64,000 bases of DNA from Azolla caroliniana (taxonomy: Eukaryota > Plantae > Polypodiophyta). The stretch covers positions 6,014,001 to 6,078,000 of the forward strand of contig JBHGNT010000012.1 in the NCBI GenBank assembly GCA_043228905.1. The letters are read 5' to 3'. The position numbers and the translations under genes are program-made. Shown here one piece after another: positions 13,160-26,300 of this stretch; the first letter of the stretch is position 1, and each line of letters starts with the position of its first letter. The notes under the pieces were generated by a model, which ran no database searches, had not been told where the DNA came from, and worked only from the letters and a program-made list of their open reading frames with translations.

Positions 13160-14093
13160 GGCACCTCGATTCGACACAATTAGATCGGCCATTCTTGCAA
13201 GGGAGAATCCACCTTCCTTTTTCGACCTTATGTCGATACTATTGGTGGAAGAAAATCATGCCCAACAAAGAAGCAATGCACTCGATGGTCAGATGCTCTA
13301 CTCCTAGGCGGACGATATAAGAGGATTCTACGAAGGAAATAGAGGTCGACTCAGGCGAGGACGACAAAGTCAGGTGACCCGAGAACGCAACGCCTACCAA
13401 TGGCAAGATGGTAGGAGCAATCCTAGAGAGTTCGGCAGAAGGGGGAGCCATCCTGCCAAACCGAGCCATCTCAATAACCCGATCGAATGCAGGTACTGTG
13501 GAAAACTCGACCACTACGAAGAAGAGTGCTGAAAGACACAATGAATTATGCTAACTAGTTATGTCAAGGACACAACGAATTATTCCCATTCCCACGCTTT
13601 CACCCTATGACATCCCATGAAGATTGGTTCTGAGAATTACAAAAGCCTGATTGTACCTACTATCTCTAAACCGAAGATGACACAACTCACTCGATTTGGC
13701 ATATCGGAAATGTCCCATTCATTAACAATGGCAAACAAACCTACCTCAAAAACGTCTTGCATGTCCCAACCATCACAAAAAATCTGGTCTCAGTCAGCCA
13801 GATAGTAGAACAAGGCATGCAAGTGTGGTTCAATAATGAATGGTGCTTCATTGAAAAAGACGATCAAATCATAGCGCATGGTCATCGAGAAGGCCGAATG
13901 TTCATCCTAGAGTCGAGCGAGGTGAAGTCCGCCATGTTCGCAAATGGCATGAAATTGTGGCACAAGTGAATCGACCACATTAATCTCCAAAAGCATAAAA
14001 GGATGAAGTCGAAAGGAATCATAATCGGACTTCCGACATTTACCAAGAAGGAGATTACGGGTGTATGTGAAGCCTGCCAATTCAACAAACAAC
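13160..14093 (+). mobile_element. Fragment of a second B-family Copia (gag C-terminus to GAG-pre-integrase), inverted relative to B
   Basis: Aligns with the reverse complement of ~10940-11998 (APRFD.IR.AILA.ENPPSFFD; HVPTITKNLVS; CEACQF). Confidence 0.85.
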
Positions 14094-16014
14094 ATTTCAG
14101 CAAACAACAATATCGATTATGGAGGTTGCAGTTAACAATGTGGTTATACCACGTAAGGTCTGAATTGGTGCTTGTTCTGTATGTGCAAACTTTTAAAAAG
14201 CATGGCAAAGAGTGGGAGAATAGATGATGAAATAAAGAATTATAAGAATTTATTAAAAGAACATCGACAAAGTCAAGCGTTTGAACGATCTAAAGCTATG
14301 CATCACCGACAAAAACTGCTTCAATCACCGGAAAGGTACATGTGCTTGATTATAGATGGCATGGATCAGAAGAAGACTTGTTTGCCATATTTTCAAAGGT
14401 TGCCGAAGTATATTGGAGATGAATGCCTTATACAAATGCATTTAATAGGTTGTTTGTTGTATTGTTAGACAATAAGGCCTCAAGTGTTCCTAACTTATCC
14501 AAATATTCACAATGACCCTAATCTTATAGTCATAGTCATGCAAAGAGTTTTACAGTCTTGGCAAGGTATTCTCCCGCCAATACTATATGTCCAACTAGAC
14601 AACACAGCTAGAGAAAACAAAAACTCGATTGTGTTTGGTTATTTAAGCGCACTAGTAGAGAAGGGCATAAAAAAGATTAAGGTCAACTTCTTACTAGTTT
14701 GTCATACCCATGATCATATAGATCAAATGTTTACTAGGTTCTCAAAGAAATTAGCGAGATGTGATACTTTCACGCTTCCTACACTGGCAAAGTTGATCAT
14801 TGAAGCTTATACCCCAAACCCAGAAGTACCACATTTGGATGAAGTTTAAATGATTTTAAACGCTTTTGCGTGGATGGTGATGGGACTCAATGTAGGGTTC
14901 TTGCACCGCTTAATGATATAAGTTTTAACCACGTCTTCCTCATAAAAAGTGTTCAATGAGCCACAACCAGACGTTGTTGTATGCCAAACAATACTCATCT
15001 AGTTCATAATGGGAGCCACAAGAGGGTTGTAGGCTCTTATTGTGTTTTCCAAATGCGGTAATCCATGGTGCAGAACAAATGTCGTATGACGACCATAAAA
15101 GATTGGCTCCTGGTAGTTCAATTGAAGAGCAAAAGATATATTGGATGCGATGCCTTGAAGAGAAACAGAAAAAGATTGAGCGCACCAAGAAGTATGTTGG
15201 TGATTAGAATGTTGAATGGTGGGGTAACTTCTTTAACCATCAGCATATGATTTTGGATAACCACTTTGCCGGTTACTGGCCACTCCAAAATCAATTCACA
15301 TGGAATATTGGTGTGTAACCATCAATGATGAACATGACTCATTATCAATCACTAGATAATCCTGACCTGAATAATCTAGTCCGTCCATGACAGAGAGATG
15401 GTTGCATGGGACCAAGAATATTGTATGTTGTACAAGCAAGTTGACAAGGCAATTTGCATGAGCTATAAGTTGCAACATTAGTTGGGGGTGATGAGTTGGG
15501 TCATCCCTTTCGCATCGTTAAAATCACCGAAATTTTTAAGGATGAACAAGGCAATCAAGTTATGTCCATTGTGGTTCATTGGTATCATGCCTCTACCCTA
15601 GAGGCATTTACTGGGAAGTACTCTTTAGAGATGGTTAAGGATGTCAGAGGCACAAGCATAAAGCGGAGAAGAAAGAGTCTACCGAGCATGTCTACTCTAA
15701 AACTTGATAATGTAGACATACTAGTGTATGACTTCTCCTTGACTAAAACAAGCCATCTAAGACAGGTTGATAGGTATAGTGCTCAGCCACAACCGAGTCT
15801 CAGACACACGATGGAAGAAATAAACAAAAAATAGCAATGCACTTGACAAGATAAAAGAGACAACACCAGATTTTAACGTGGAAAACCCTAATCGGGAAAA
15901 ACCATGAGAGCCCACAGACTCCAACTATCACTATGAGAGAAGGGGTACAGCAGAATGAGACTCAAGGGCAATGACCTCGAGCTCTGTATCTTCGCCAATA
16001 GGCGGTTACAACAG

Positions 16015-16074
<60 letters not shown>

Positions 16075-16563
16075 AACTTCACTATATCAACAACACAAAA
16101 CAGTGTTGCCCTAGTTATATTTATACATATATAACTTTGGGGCTATTTACAAATATGACCTGAAACAGTCACATCGGAACATATACATAAACTAATGTCT
16201 AACTGGATACCAACCAGATCCATCCGATCCGGTTTCCGGATATCATCCAAATCCGTCCGGTCCGGTCCTTTCCTTCGGCTCATCCGGTTCTCACCCGTAT
16301 CCCATCCAGAGGGACCTGTTTCCCAACACAAACCACAATCAAGATAATAAAAGAGACGATCCCAAATGTGGCTCCCAACACGATAGAGAGACAAACAAGG
16401 AGTATGTCTCATAATCACAACAACATTGGATTGCAATTGGATGAAGACAATGCGTTGGTTGCTAGTGATGATGAGGATAAGACCTCACAAAGCTCTTCTA
16501 ATTCATCAGATGGGTCTGAAGGGGACGGCATAGCTTTGGGAAGTGATAGTTTTGATACATGAA
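14094..16563 (+). pseudogene. Sola-type (DUF7869-like) DDD transposase remnant, 5'-truncated, interrupted by a solo LTR
   Basis: Motifs CSVC, LIIDGMDQKK, YVQLDNTARENKN, FLLVCHTHDHIDQMF; acidic C-terminal tail at 16368-16562. Family assigned from recalled motifs. Confidence 0.65.
15768..16328 (-). mobile_element. Solo LTR, Copia C/F family
   Basis: Right end is the reverse complement of the C LTR start TGTTGGGAAACAGGTCCC; shares GTGGAAAACCC..GGGAAAAACC and GGCGGTTACAACAG blocks; (CT)n tract; TSD unclear (CAGGT vs CAAAC). Confidence 0.85.
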
Positions 16564-17989
16564 TTGTAAATATTGTATTTTACATCAAGATGTTGATTCA
16601 CGAATATATATAAATATAGGTGGTAATCCTTTTGTAATATTTGTACATTCTTTTGTAAGTTTCACGTGTCTATTATTTAAAGGCATTTTTTGAAAGCCCT
16701 AAAATTTTGGACATGCTAAAAATCAATATATTTTGGGTCATTTTTGAAAAACCTTTATGCATGCTACACCCCTTTTTGTGAAACGACCTATTTTATGCCT
16801 TTTTTTTACGGACAATTCTTAAAATGCGACATATTTCCTGTTTCAAATGACCTAGTGTTGTGGACCAACAACAAGCAATTGATTCTTTTGCATTGTTGAA
16901 GTGGAAGATAGTAAGCATCATTTCATATGATGTTTGATTCCTAGTTAGTTTTTTTGGTACATTGTTATTTGACATCAAGATAGTGGGTGTTTACACAAAC
17001 CACACAACTTGGTGTTCAGTATATCTATATAAGTTGAGGAAGAATTGATGTGGTAGTTTTGTTTATTGGAGCAACTCGAAATTCTTTCCTTGACACTAGA
17101 GTGTTTGTCTTGCCTATTGGTGATTCTTAATGTCCCATCACCCATGTAGTGTTGACACTACTCAATTGTGGTAACATTGTAGTGTTTTTCACACACATCT
17201 ATGAATATAATTGTGTGTTTTCAATGTGTGTGTGTGTGAGTGAGTGAGAGAGAGAGAGAGAGAGGGAGAGGGATCATGGTTCTTATAACAACTTAGAGAG
17301 AGGAAGAAATTTAGCGTAGACAAAGAGTACAATGAGACCAATGAGACCAAAACGATATACATCGTATAGCTTATAACATCTAGCTTGTTGACTTGTTTGT
17401 AAAATTAACACTAACAAAACTAAAATTAAGATAAAACGTAAAAGGAAGATAGGTCATGTTGACCCATAACAAACCCCATGAGACCTGTCATCTCTTGCTT
17501 GAGGTTTTCAAATCAAGGGTTTGACGCTTCCCAATTATGGCTCTTTTATGTCTTGAATGTCTCCTAAGCTTGAGTCCTCACCAAAGTTATCCTTTTAGAT
17601 GAACTCATTTACCTCTCATGTACCCTACTTGGGTATGTGGGTTGTGATTCAGGAACATGTGGAGGAAAGGATGGGGACGGCAAAAGTGATAGTTGAGATC
17701 CACTGTCTCCAAACACACTATGGTTGTGGGTTCATTACACTAATGTGGCATGTAATTTAGGAAAAGTTATATACAAAGATGCATAAAAATTGTGATTTTG
17801 AACCCCAGTCTTTGAGTTGACAATCTATTGTAGTACAAATAACAAGGGTTTTTCGTTTATGTTGCTTATATATACATACCAGACAAAGAGATAAAATTTA
17901 TTATGGTTTTTGAAGGTGAAATAAACATAACATGTGCTATTGAAAATGAAACATTTTTACATAGTGTTTGTAGAATTGAGAAATGACTC

Positions 17990-20130
17990 TCGATTTTCAA
18001 GGGGACTTGGAAAATCTAAAGAAGCTAGAAAGTGGATTAGCCATGTTTTGCAAGAGATCAAGTGCCATGATCAATTGGCACAAATCTTGTGCAATATGGC
18101 TTTCTCATGAAGCACATCCTCCATGGCACCCACATCCCACATTCAAGTGGATAAATCGGGGAGTGAGCACCAAATATTTGGGTTTCCAAATTGAATTCAA
18201 CATTCCTCCGAAGATGATGATTGCACTAATTATTCACTCCATTCAACAAAAGTTAATACATTAGAGCTCGAAAATACTCTCACTAGCAAGTTGCATCATA
18301 GTGGTAAACCAAGTCTTACTCGCAACAACATGGTAGAGTCTATCATGTTGGACAATCTCCAAGGAAAGTATATATCAGATTCAGAGACTGGTACGGAACT
18401 ACATGTGGTTTGGTAAGGAAAATCATGCAGCTCGAGCCAAGGTGGCATGGCCTATACTCACATAACCTAAGTCAAGAAGAGGATTGGGTTTGATTGATCC
18501 CCTCTCACAATCCAAAGCCCTACTCACCAAATTTGTGGTGTGAGGACGCCAACCAAGGGATGACTGTTGGAAAACGCTATTGCAGTTACAGTTTGCTTAC
18601 TTTAAGCCACGAAAAAGGCCAAATGGATCCCCCAAAAGGGATGGATTCTAAATATGGATCTAAAACCAAGTTTCTCACGGCAATTGGAGGATAGATTCAG
18701 TGCATCCATGTGGAAAGTGTGGTGTGACATAAGACAAGGGTTTAAGTGTGATCAACCTAATTCTGAACCTGCCTGGCTCAGTCAACTCATCCTATGGAAC
18801 CCATGTATTAGAGATGAATATGGGCAACTCATTGGATCAACTAAGGGGTTGTCATGGGGATGCATTGCAGAAGGTTCAAGAAAGAGTATAAAATGTTGGA
18901 GATGGTTTATGCCAATGCCATACAAGATCAAGCCAACATACTCCATGGAATCAGGGGTGAATGAACTATGAGATCTAAAATTATTAACGCTCTATTGCTT
19001 AGGGAAGCTCCTAATCAAAGGATGACAATGGAGAAGTGAATAGGCTACGAGGACGAGGGTTCTGTGATCACAAGCGGTAGGGAAACACCGAACAGGATCA
19101 AAGGCCACGAACTACGAGACAATGTGACACCAATATTGAATATGGCAATTCGAGTAGTCGCATATCATAGTCATAAATGGATTGTAGATCCTGATCCGAT
19201 CAAAGTACAACTAGAATGGCACATATGTAAGTCTCATGAAAACACAATGGTTACATAAGGTCAGTTGGCACCCTTTGCAATGGACGTGGCACGATCCTTA
19301 TGTGGGTCAAGGAAGCAAAGTCATCCCTTTCTTCCAATTCATGATTAGATTGGGTCGCCACATTCTAATTGCTCAAACTGCCCAAGAGCTGGTTGTTGCA
19401 AATGTATGGGACACATATCATGTTCCTCATACAACTATCACTTCTTTTTCGCAAAAACTCTAGAAACAACAACACTCTAGGCGAATTACCACATTCAAAT
19501 GGCTATTAATACATAAGTCATTACCGATTGGAGTGTGGCAATGTGGGAAGCTTAGCTCTCCTATTGTGTACCGTGCCCAAATGCAACAGAATCAATTCGA
19601 CACACCCTGTGGGACTGTCTAGAGAACCATCGATTATGGGAGGTGGTTGGACACCTATTGCAATTACGCCAAGTGTAAGGCATAATCAAGTGGGGAAATG
19701 TATGTTGGTCATCACGGCAAGCCCTAGTTGATAGGTACGAACATCATGAGGAGGGGAGGACTTTGGTGATAAAAGCACAATAGGTTCTTTTTCCCACTAT
19801 CGACGATATCTACTCAACTCCTATTAATGCCAAATCTCAAGTTGTGTTGGAAGTGGTCAACCCAATAACTCTTTGGACTCTATGGAAACAAAGATGTATA
19901 CGGGCCTTCTCTAACCAAACCATGCATCCAATAATGTTAATGCAATAGATATGAAGTGAAGTTGTAAGCACTCTAAAGAGCCAATACGATGGCCTCACGG
20001 GCAGATCCAATGGAGTTAAAGAAAACGACTAGCCTTCATCCAACAATGGTCGTCCTCTCCCTTTATTGAGTCAGTGGGCATCCACATAAGATGGAACTAT
20101 CGTGTCCCTATAAGGATTTGTATATAACAC
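17990..20130 (+). mobile_element. 5'-truncated L1-like LINE (RT C-terminus and C-terminal region), degenerate
   Basis: INWHKS...KYLGF...VVNQVLL...AKVAW...GLGLIDP; homologous to the minus-strand LINE at 27302-28426. Confidence 0.85.
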
Positions 20131-20199
20131 TCTCATCTGTAAAACAATTATAACTAATAGAAGAAGTTTTTTTTTGGGTCAAGAATTTTACTAATGAGC

Positions 20200-20248
<49 letters not shown>

Positions 20249-20651
20249 AATACAAACATACATTGCAAAAAAAGAGTGATTTTATTATCATTGGTGATTC
20301 AAAATAAGAGGAAGGAAGAGGACCCACTCCCAAAGAATAAATGAAGAACATCTAATGTTGTCCATCTCAGAACATCAATAAAAGAATTGTTGTCATCCAC
20401 TACGTCATTTGTGCATCATAGGCCAAGACATATGGAGTGAAATTTGTGAAAGATGATTTTATCCTAGTTTTGCTTTTTTAGAAAAATTATATGAATCTTC
20501 ACATCTCTATTTATGCAGTACAAGTTTAGCATTATTAAAAGTTATTCGTTGTGGCGTTGAGCATATTCAATCAGATTAAAAGTCCATGTTGTATAACAAA
20601 TTACTACACATGATGTTACAAGAAAACACAAAGGACTCTTCATTCCTAGTA

Positions 20652-20791
20652 GCCCAACTCTCTCTCTCTCTCTCTCTCTAGTGGTAAGGTGTTGTGCTAC
20701 TATCGCCTAATTGGCCTCTTTATGGACGATAAAAATTCTAATTCTAATTCTCATAAAATTGAAGAACCCAGGTTCAATCCCTGGCATGGGC
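20652..20791 (+). pseudogene. tRNA-like relic or SINE head disrupted by (CT)n and extra sequence
   Basis: A-box-like TAGTGGTAAG, perfect T-arm CCAGG-TTCAATC-CCTGG, partial acceptor pairing GCCCA/TGGGC. Confidence 0.4.
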
Positions 20792-20839
20792 TATGCCCCA
20801 TCTCATAGATCACAATTACATTCACACGGACTTTGAAAT

Positions 20840-20911
<72 letters not shown>

Positions 20912-21226
20912 AGATATCAAGCCCGAAATATGCTTCAATGGATGGGATACATGATGATAAGTTTAATCGTGAATTGCACTATGGTAGACTTTGATATTGG
21001 AGTACAAATTAGATCCAACCTTTTCTTATAGTGAGGGACATGAATAATTTGAATTATAGAATAATATTGGTTGATTCCCTTAAAGACAAAGTTATTTGGA
21101 TGTACATATAATGGAAACAAAGACAAATCAAAGAGGGATCATGGAGAAGACAAAAACGTCATGGCTCCATTGATCACCTTGTCGCTCTTTGAATTCAATG
21201 GAGGAAACTCATTTTAAAGATGAAGT

Positions 21227-21714
21227 TGAAGTTAAAATCGTTGTCGGCCACGACCGGTTTCTCGTTTGCGGAATAATAGTCAATCTAATGGAAAGGAAAA
21301 ACAGAATACAGAAACTGTGAATGACACAGATTTTAACGTGGAAACCCGAACTGGGAAAAACCACGTGGAGTCCACAAACTCCGAAACAGAACACTATGAG
21401 AGAAAGGAATACAATCAGAGATCTCAGGGGCAACGACCTCGAGATCCTGCTTCGCCAACAAGCGGCTATGGAGCTCACACTCGTTCATTCTCACAGTTAC
21501 AGAGGCAACAACCTCGTCAACAGTAACTTTACAATAACGCGCACATCTAACATGATTGCCCTAAGTGCTTATATACTAATGTAACCTTTCGACTATTTAC
21601 AAGTTTAGCCTTCCGGGTTGGCTATCTCCACGATTTCCGGTATCGGCCTCGGCCGAGTTGCTCATCAACACGGTTCTTCTCAACTTCCCATCTGGAGGGA
21701 CGTGTTTCCTAACA
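21227..21714 (-). mobile_element. Solo LTR, Copia C/F family (more diverged)
   Basis: Ends CCCATCTGGAGGGACGTGTTTCCTAACA, matching the family terminus; shares GTGGAAACCC..GGGAAAAACCAC; TSD with one mismatch (GAAGT/AAAGT); left edge 21221 or 21227. Confidence 0.8.
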
Positions 21715-22460
21715 AAAGTACTATATTGTTACTTTGTAAATTATCTAACGCTCCTAGAGGATCTTTGAAGATATATAGATGAAGTTCAAGTATCATGTGA
21801 ATATAGTATGTTTACAATTTCTCCCATCTTTTAAAAAAGATGATATTCTATATGTATATGTCAAATGAAATTTCAGAATTTTTTACTAGCACTATTGGTG
21901 TTGAGACACGGATGCCCAAAGTCACCAACTCTCTTTGGATTACACATCGATTGTTGGAACAAATGGGTAATAAAATTTTAAAACATATTGAAGATGTTAC
22001 TAGTTGGAATGAATTCAACATGTTTTTGTCACATACAAATGGCAATGTGGTGGCACTTTTACCGAATGCTTGCGTCGTGGAAAAGTTTTGTATGCATTTA
22101 GTAAGTTCAATTTCAATAGCTCTAGGGATTGTGTGCAATAAAGAGCCATACGAAAAGTAGAAAGCTTGAAAAGCCTTGGCTTTGAGGTTCCCTCATTCAT
22201 AAATAGAATCAACATGTTCCTCATTACTTAAATGTGGAAAAAGGGACCTACAATGGATTTGAGAAAATCTGCAATGTATGCAAAACAAAGTTTTGGCATC
22301 TTAAGAAATACTTGTTTAATACTTTGGTGAAGCTAATGCTTCTATATTGGGTGTGATGATACCATCTCTATATCAATTTTTGAAAGAGATTGAAAATTTC
22401 TTCAAGCATTTTCCTAAGAAGTTTCTTCAAGGAAAAATACATATATCATAGATGTTCCTA
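21715..22460 (+). mobile_element. Highly degraded non-LTR (LINE) RT remnant
   Basis: STIGV..GCP.SPTLFGL.ID-like motif at ~21888-21950 across a frameshift. Confidence 0.45.
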
Positions 22461-23368
22461 CTTGAGACCGACTCACTTTTTACCTAGATCATGGTACGAA
22501 GATACTTGTTAAATTTTGAGAAAAACCTCATTTTTTCCCATAATTATATTGAAACAAGAAACCAAGTTCCAAAGGTGGTACAAAAGCAAAATAACAAGTT
22601 CTAGATGACAAATTTGGATTTTGCGAAACTTCAATAGATTCTTGGTTGATTGAAGTTAAATTGCAAAAATAAAATTTGACAAATTGGGAGAGGTATGAAG
22701 TCTCACATTTCACAATAATAGTACATATGATGCACCAAACTACAAAAACATCTTCATCTTTGAATGAACAAAATTGAACTCATCCATATGTGATAGACCC
22801 CATGCCATTGTTCATCCATTGTTCACACCATTGCGTCCATATGATTTGGTTCAAATTCTCTTAAATATGGGACATACCCTTGTAGCATGGGTGAGGAGAC
22901 TTATTGATTATGCATCTCTTACCCAAGTCAAGTTCAAGAATTTGAATTCTACACACTCTCTACTCCAATGTTTCCCCTTCAGTCACATTAGAGCTTGCTT
23001 TCCCACATTTCCATCCTTGATCTATTCCTACACACATTGCTTGCTTTACCAAGACGAGTTCAAGAATCTGCACTTGCATATGCAATGCTCATTAATAAGA
23101 GTGCCATAAACAATGAGAATGTAGCAAAATTCTAGACAAACAATCCGAAACAACAATCAATGGAGCACCTTTGTTGATTTGAAAGAAGAAAAATGATCTA
23201 AAATAAACAAGAAAAAAATGTATTTTTGACCCCATGGTTTTGCAAAAATTTGTCTAAAGTTTTTTTCTTTTCCCACAACAATTTATTGTTTCTCTCTAAA
23301 TTACACTCTTTTCTTTTTTGAAAACTCTTTATTTTTCTTTACTCATTGACGAATGTTGCTCTGGGAAA

Positions 23369-26300
23369 CTTTCCTTTCGGCAACTCCACCAATTCGTATG
23401 TGTGGTTCTCATGCAGGGAATCCATCTCATCCTGCATGGCACTCAACCACTTGTGGTTGTGGGTGTCTCCCCTTGCTTCTTCAAAGCTTTCCGGCTCCCC
23501 CTCATCGGTTAGCAACACATGCTCTGCATCCGGAAATCTTTGAGGGGCTCTTCTCTCCTAGAGAGGATATCTTGTCCTTGGTTTCTGACTGCCGGTTCTT
23601 CCGTTTGTTCCGAATCCGAATCCGATTCAATATCTTGTCCGGTTCCGGTGTCTTCTTCTTCTTCGGTCGGTTTGGTTTCCTGTCCATATCCGGTCGGTTC
23701 GTCGAGTGCCATCCAGTTACCAGCTAACATCCGGTTTTCAACCGGGTATATCCTTTTGTCCTCAAGCCGGTTCTCAATGGATAATCCGGAGTTCGTTACC
23801 TTCTTCTCTGACTCCCAGTCGGCAATGGTCCTATCTTCCATGAAGACTATGTCCCAACTCTGGAACACCTTTTCTTCTTCTTCTTCTTCTTCTTCGGTCG
23901 GTTTGGTTTCCTATCCATATCCAGCCGGTTCGTCGAGTGCCATCCGGTTACCGGCTAACATCCGGTTTTCAACCGGGTATATCCTTTTGTCCTCAAGCCG
24001 GTTCTCAATGGATAATCCGGAGTTCGTTACCTTCTTCTCCGACTCCCAGTCGGCAATGGTCCTATCTTCCATGAAGACTATGTCCCAACTCCGGAACACC
24101 TTTTCTTCTTCTTCTTCTTCTTCTTCTTCTTCTTCTTCTTCTTCTTCTTCTTCGGTCGGTTTGGTTTCTTGTTCATATCCGGCCGGTTCGTCGAGTGCCA
24201 TCCGGTTACCGGCTAACATCCGGTTTTCAATCGAGTATATCCTTTTGTCCTCAAGCCGGTTCTCAATGGATAATCCGGAGTTCGTTACCTTCTTCTCCGA
24301 CTCCCAGTCGGCAATGGTCCTATCTTCCATGAAGACTATGTCCCAACTCCGGAACACCTTTTCTTCTTCTTCTTCTTCTTCTTCTTCTTCTTCTTCGGTC
24401 AATTTGGTTTCCTGTCCATATCCGGCCGGTTCGACGAGTGCCATCCGGTTACCGGCTAACATCCGGTTTTCAACCGGGTATATCCTTTTGTCCTCAAGCT
24501 GGTTCTCAATGGATAATCCGGAGTTCATTACCTTCTTCTCCGACTCCCAGTCGGCAATGGTCCTATCTTCCATGAAGACTATGTCCCAACTCTGGAACAC
24601 CTTTTCTGTCGACCATATCCCACACCCGGTACCCGAACTCATCATCGTTGTATCCAAGGAATATGCATGATCGGGACTTCGGATCCAACTTTGCTCTCTT
24701 GTCCTTTGCCACATGCACGTATGCGAGACACCCAAACACCTTCAGATGCTGGTAAGACACATCCTTACCAGTCCATACTTTCTGCGGTGAGTCTCTGTCC
24801 AAGGGTATTGAGGGTGATCTGTTTATCACATGGGTCACCGTCGTTAGCGCCTCAGCCCAAAACGTCTTGGGTAACTTGGCATGTGCGAGCATGCTCCAGA
24901 CTCTCTCCATTATGGTCCAGTTCATCCTTTCGGCTAACCCATTTAGTTCTGGCGTCTTCGGCACGGTGAATTCGAGCCAAATTCCCTTCGACCGGCAGTA
25001 CTCCTCGAACTACCCCCGGTATTCTCCTCCGTTATCTCCTCTAACCACTTTCAGCTTCCGGTCGGTGTCTCTTTCCACTCTCGCGTGGAGCTCCTTGAAG
25101 ACGGATAACACTTGATCCTTCGTCTTCAATGGTGAGACCCACAACTTCCGGCTGTGGTCATCTATGAACATCACGAAGTACTGCGATCCAGCATGTGACT
25201 TCGTGTCTACTTGACACACATCGGTATGCACCAACTCCAGTGGTGCATTCCGTCTCATCGGTGGTCTTGATTGGAAGGAGGTGCGGTTTTGCTTGCCGGC
25301 CAGGCAGTCGGTGCACTTCTCAAGTTGCACACCCTTCACCGCAATGAGGTTGTCTTCGGCAAGCCTATTCATCCCCTTCTAACTCATGTGACACAGTCTT
25401 TTGTGCCACAACTCACCGGTAGTGTCGGATGCTACGTTCACTTCTTCCCGGCATATCCGGTCATTCAACAAGTACAATGTGTTGACCTTCCGAGCTTGAG
25501 CCACTATTAAGCTCCCTTTGCAGAACTTCATGACACCGTTCCGGATGCTACCTGTGTAGCCTTCATCATCTAGCCATCTGGTTGATATTAGGTTCAGTCG
25601 AACCTCCGGAACGTGTCGGACATCCTTCAACAGCAACTTGCATCCGGTTGATGTCCTCAACAGCACATCTCCTATGCCGATAATTTGGCATGTCCCTTCA
25701 TTCCCCATCCGGACATAGCCGTGCTCACTGGCTGTGTAGGATTAGAAGCATTTCCGGTCCGGGGTAAGATGGAACGACGCTCCGGAATCGACAACCCACG
25801 TTGTCTCTTCGACGGCAAGGTTCAACTTACTCTCCTCGGTGATGAGCATTAGTTCTTCCTCACTTGCCGCGATCGCCGTTGTTCCCTTTCGGTCCGTGCC
25901 TCGCCGATCCGAACCGTTTCCGTCCGATGACTTCTTCAAATTGGTATTGTCGGTTCCCTTATCTTTCCGGAAATGCCAACAGTTCTTCTGGAAGTGCCCC
26001 GACTTGCCGCAATAGAAGCAAGTGGGCCTCCCCCTTGACTTTGACCGTGTCCCTGACTTTTCCCGGTTCTGGGGACTCCGATTCCTTTGTCTTCCACGTT
26101 CCAATTGGGTAAGGAGGGCTTTGGCGTAGAAGACACCTCCTTGTCTTTCCGACGCGCCTGCTCATCTAGCAAGCTCGACTTGACTCTTGCTAGGGATATA
26201 TGTTTTCCTTCCGGCCTAGTGTTGCCCAACGTGACACCTAATGTCTCCCAGCTATCTGGGAGGGAACTGAGTAGGAGTAGAGCAAGTACCTCATCGGCGA

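Noticed and set aside
12852-13307. 151-aa RT-Gag fusion ORF as a new gene
   Set aside because: Starts inside B's LTR edge and spans a junction between two decayed elements; no sign of function.
16845-16860. TAGTG as a CACTA element end
   Set aside because: No matching CACTA left end found, and the nearby transposase motifs are not En/Spm-like.
23519-24670. 383-aa Ser-rich ORF on the plus strand
   Set aside because: Antisense shadow of the quadruplicated integrase segment; poly-Ser mirrors (GAA)n.
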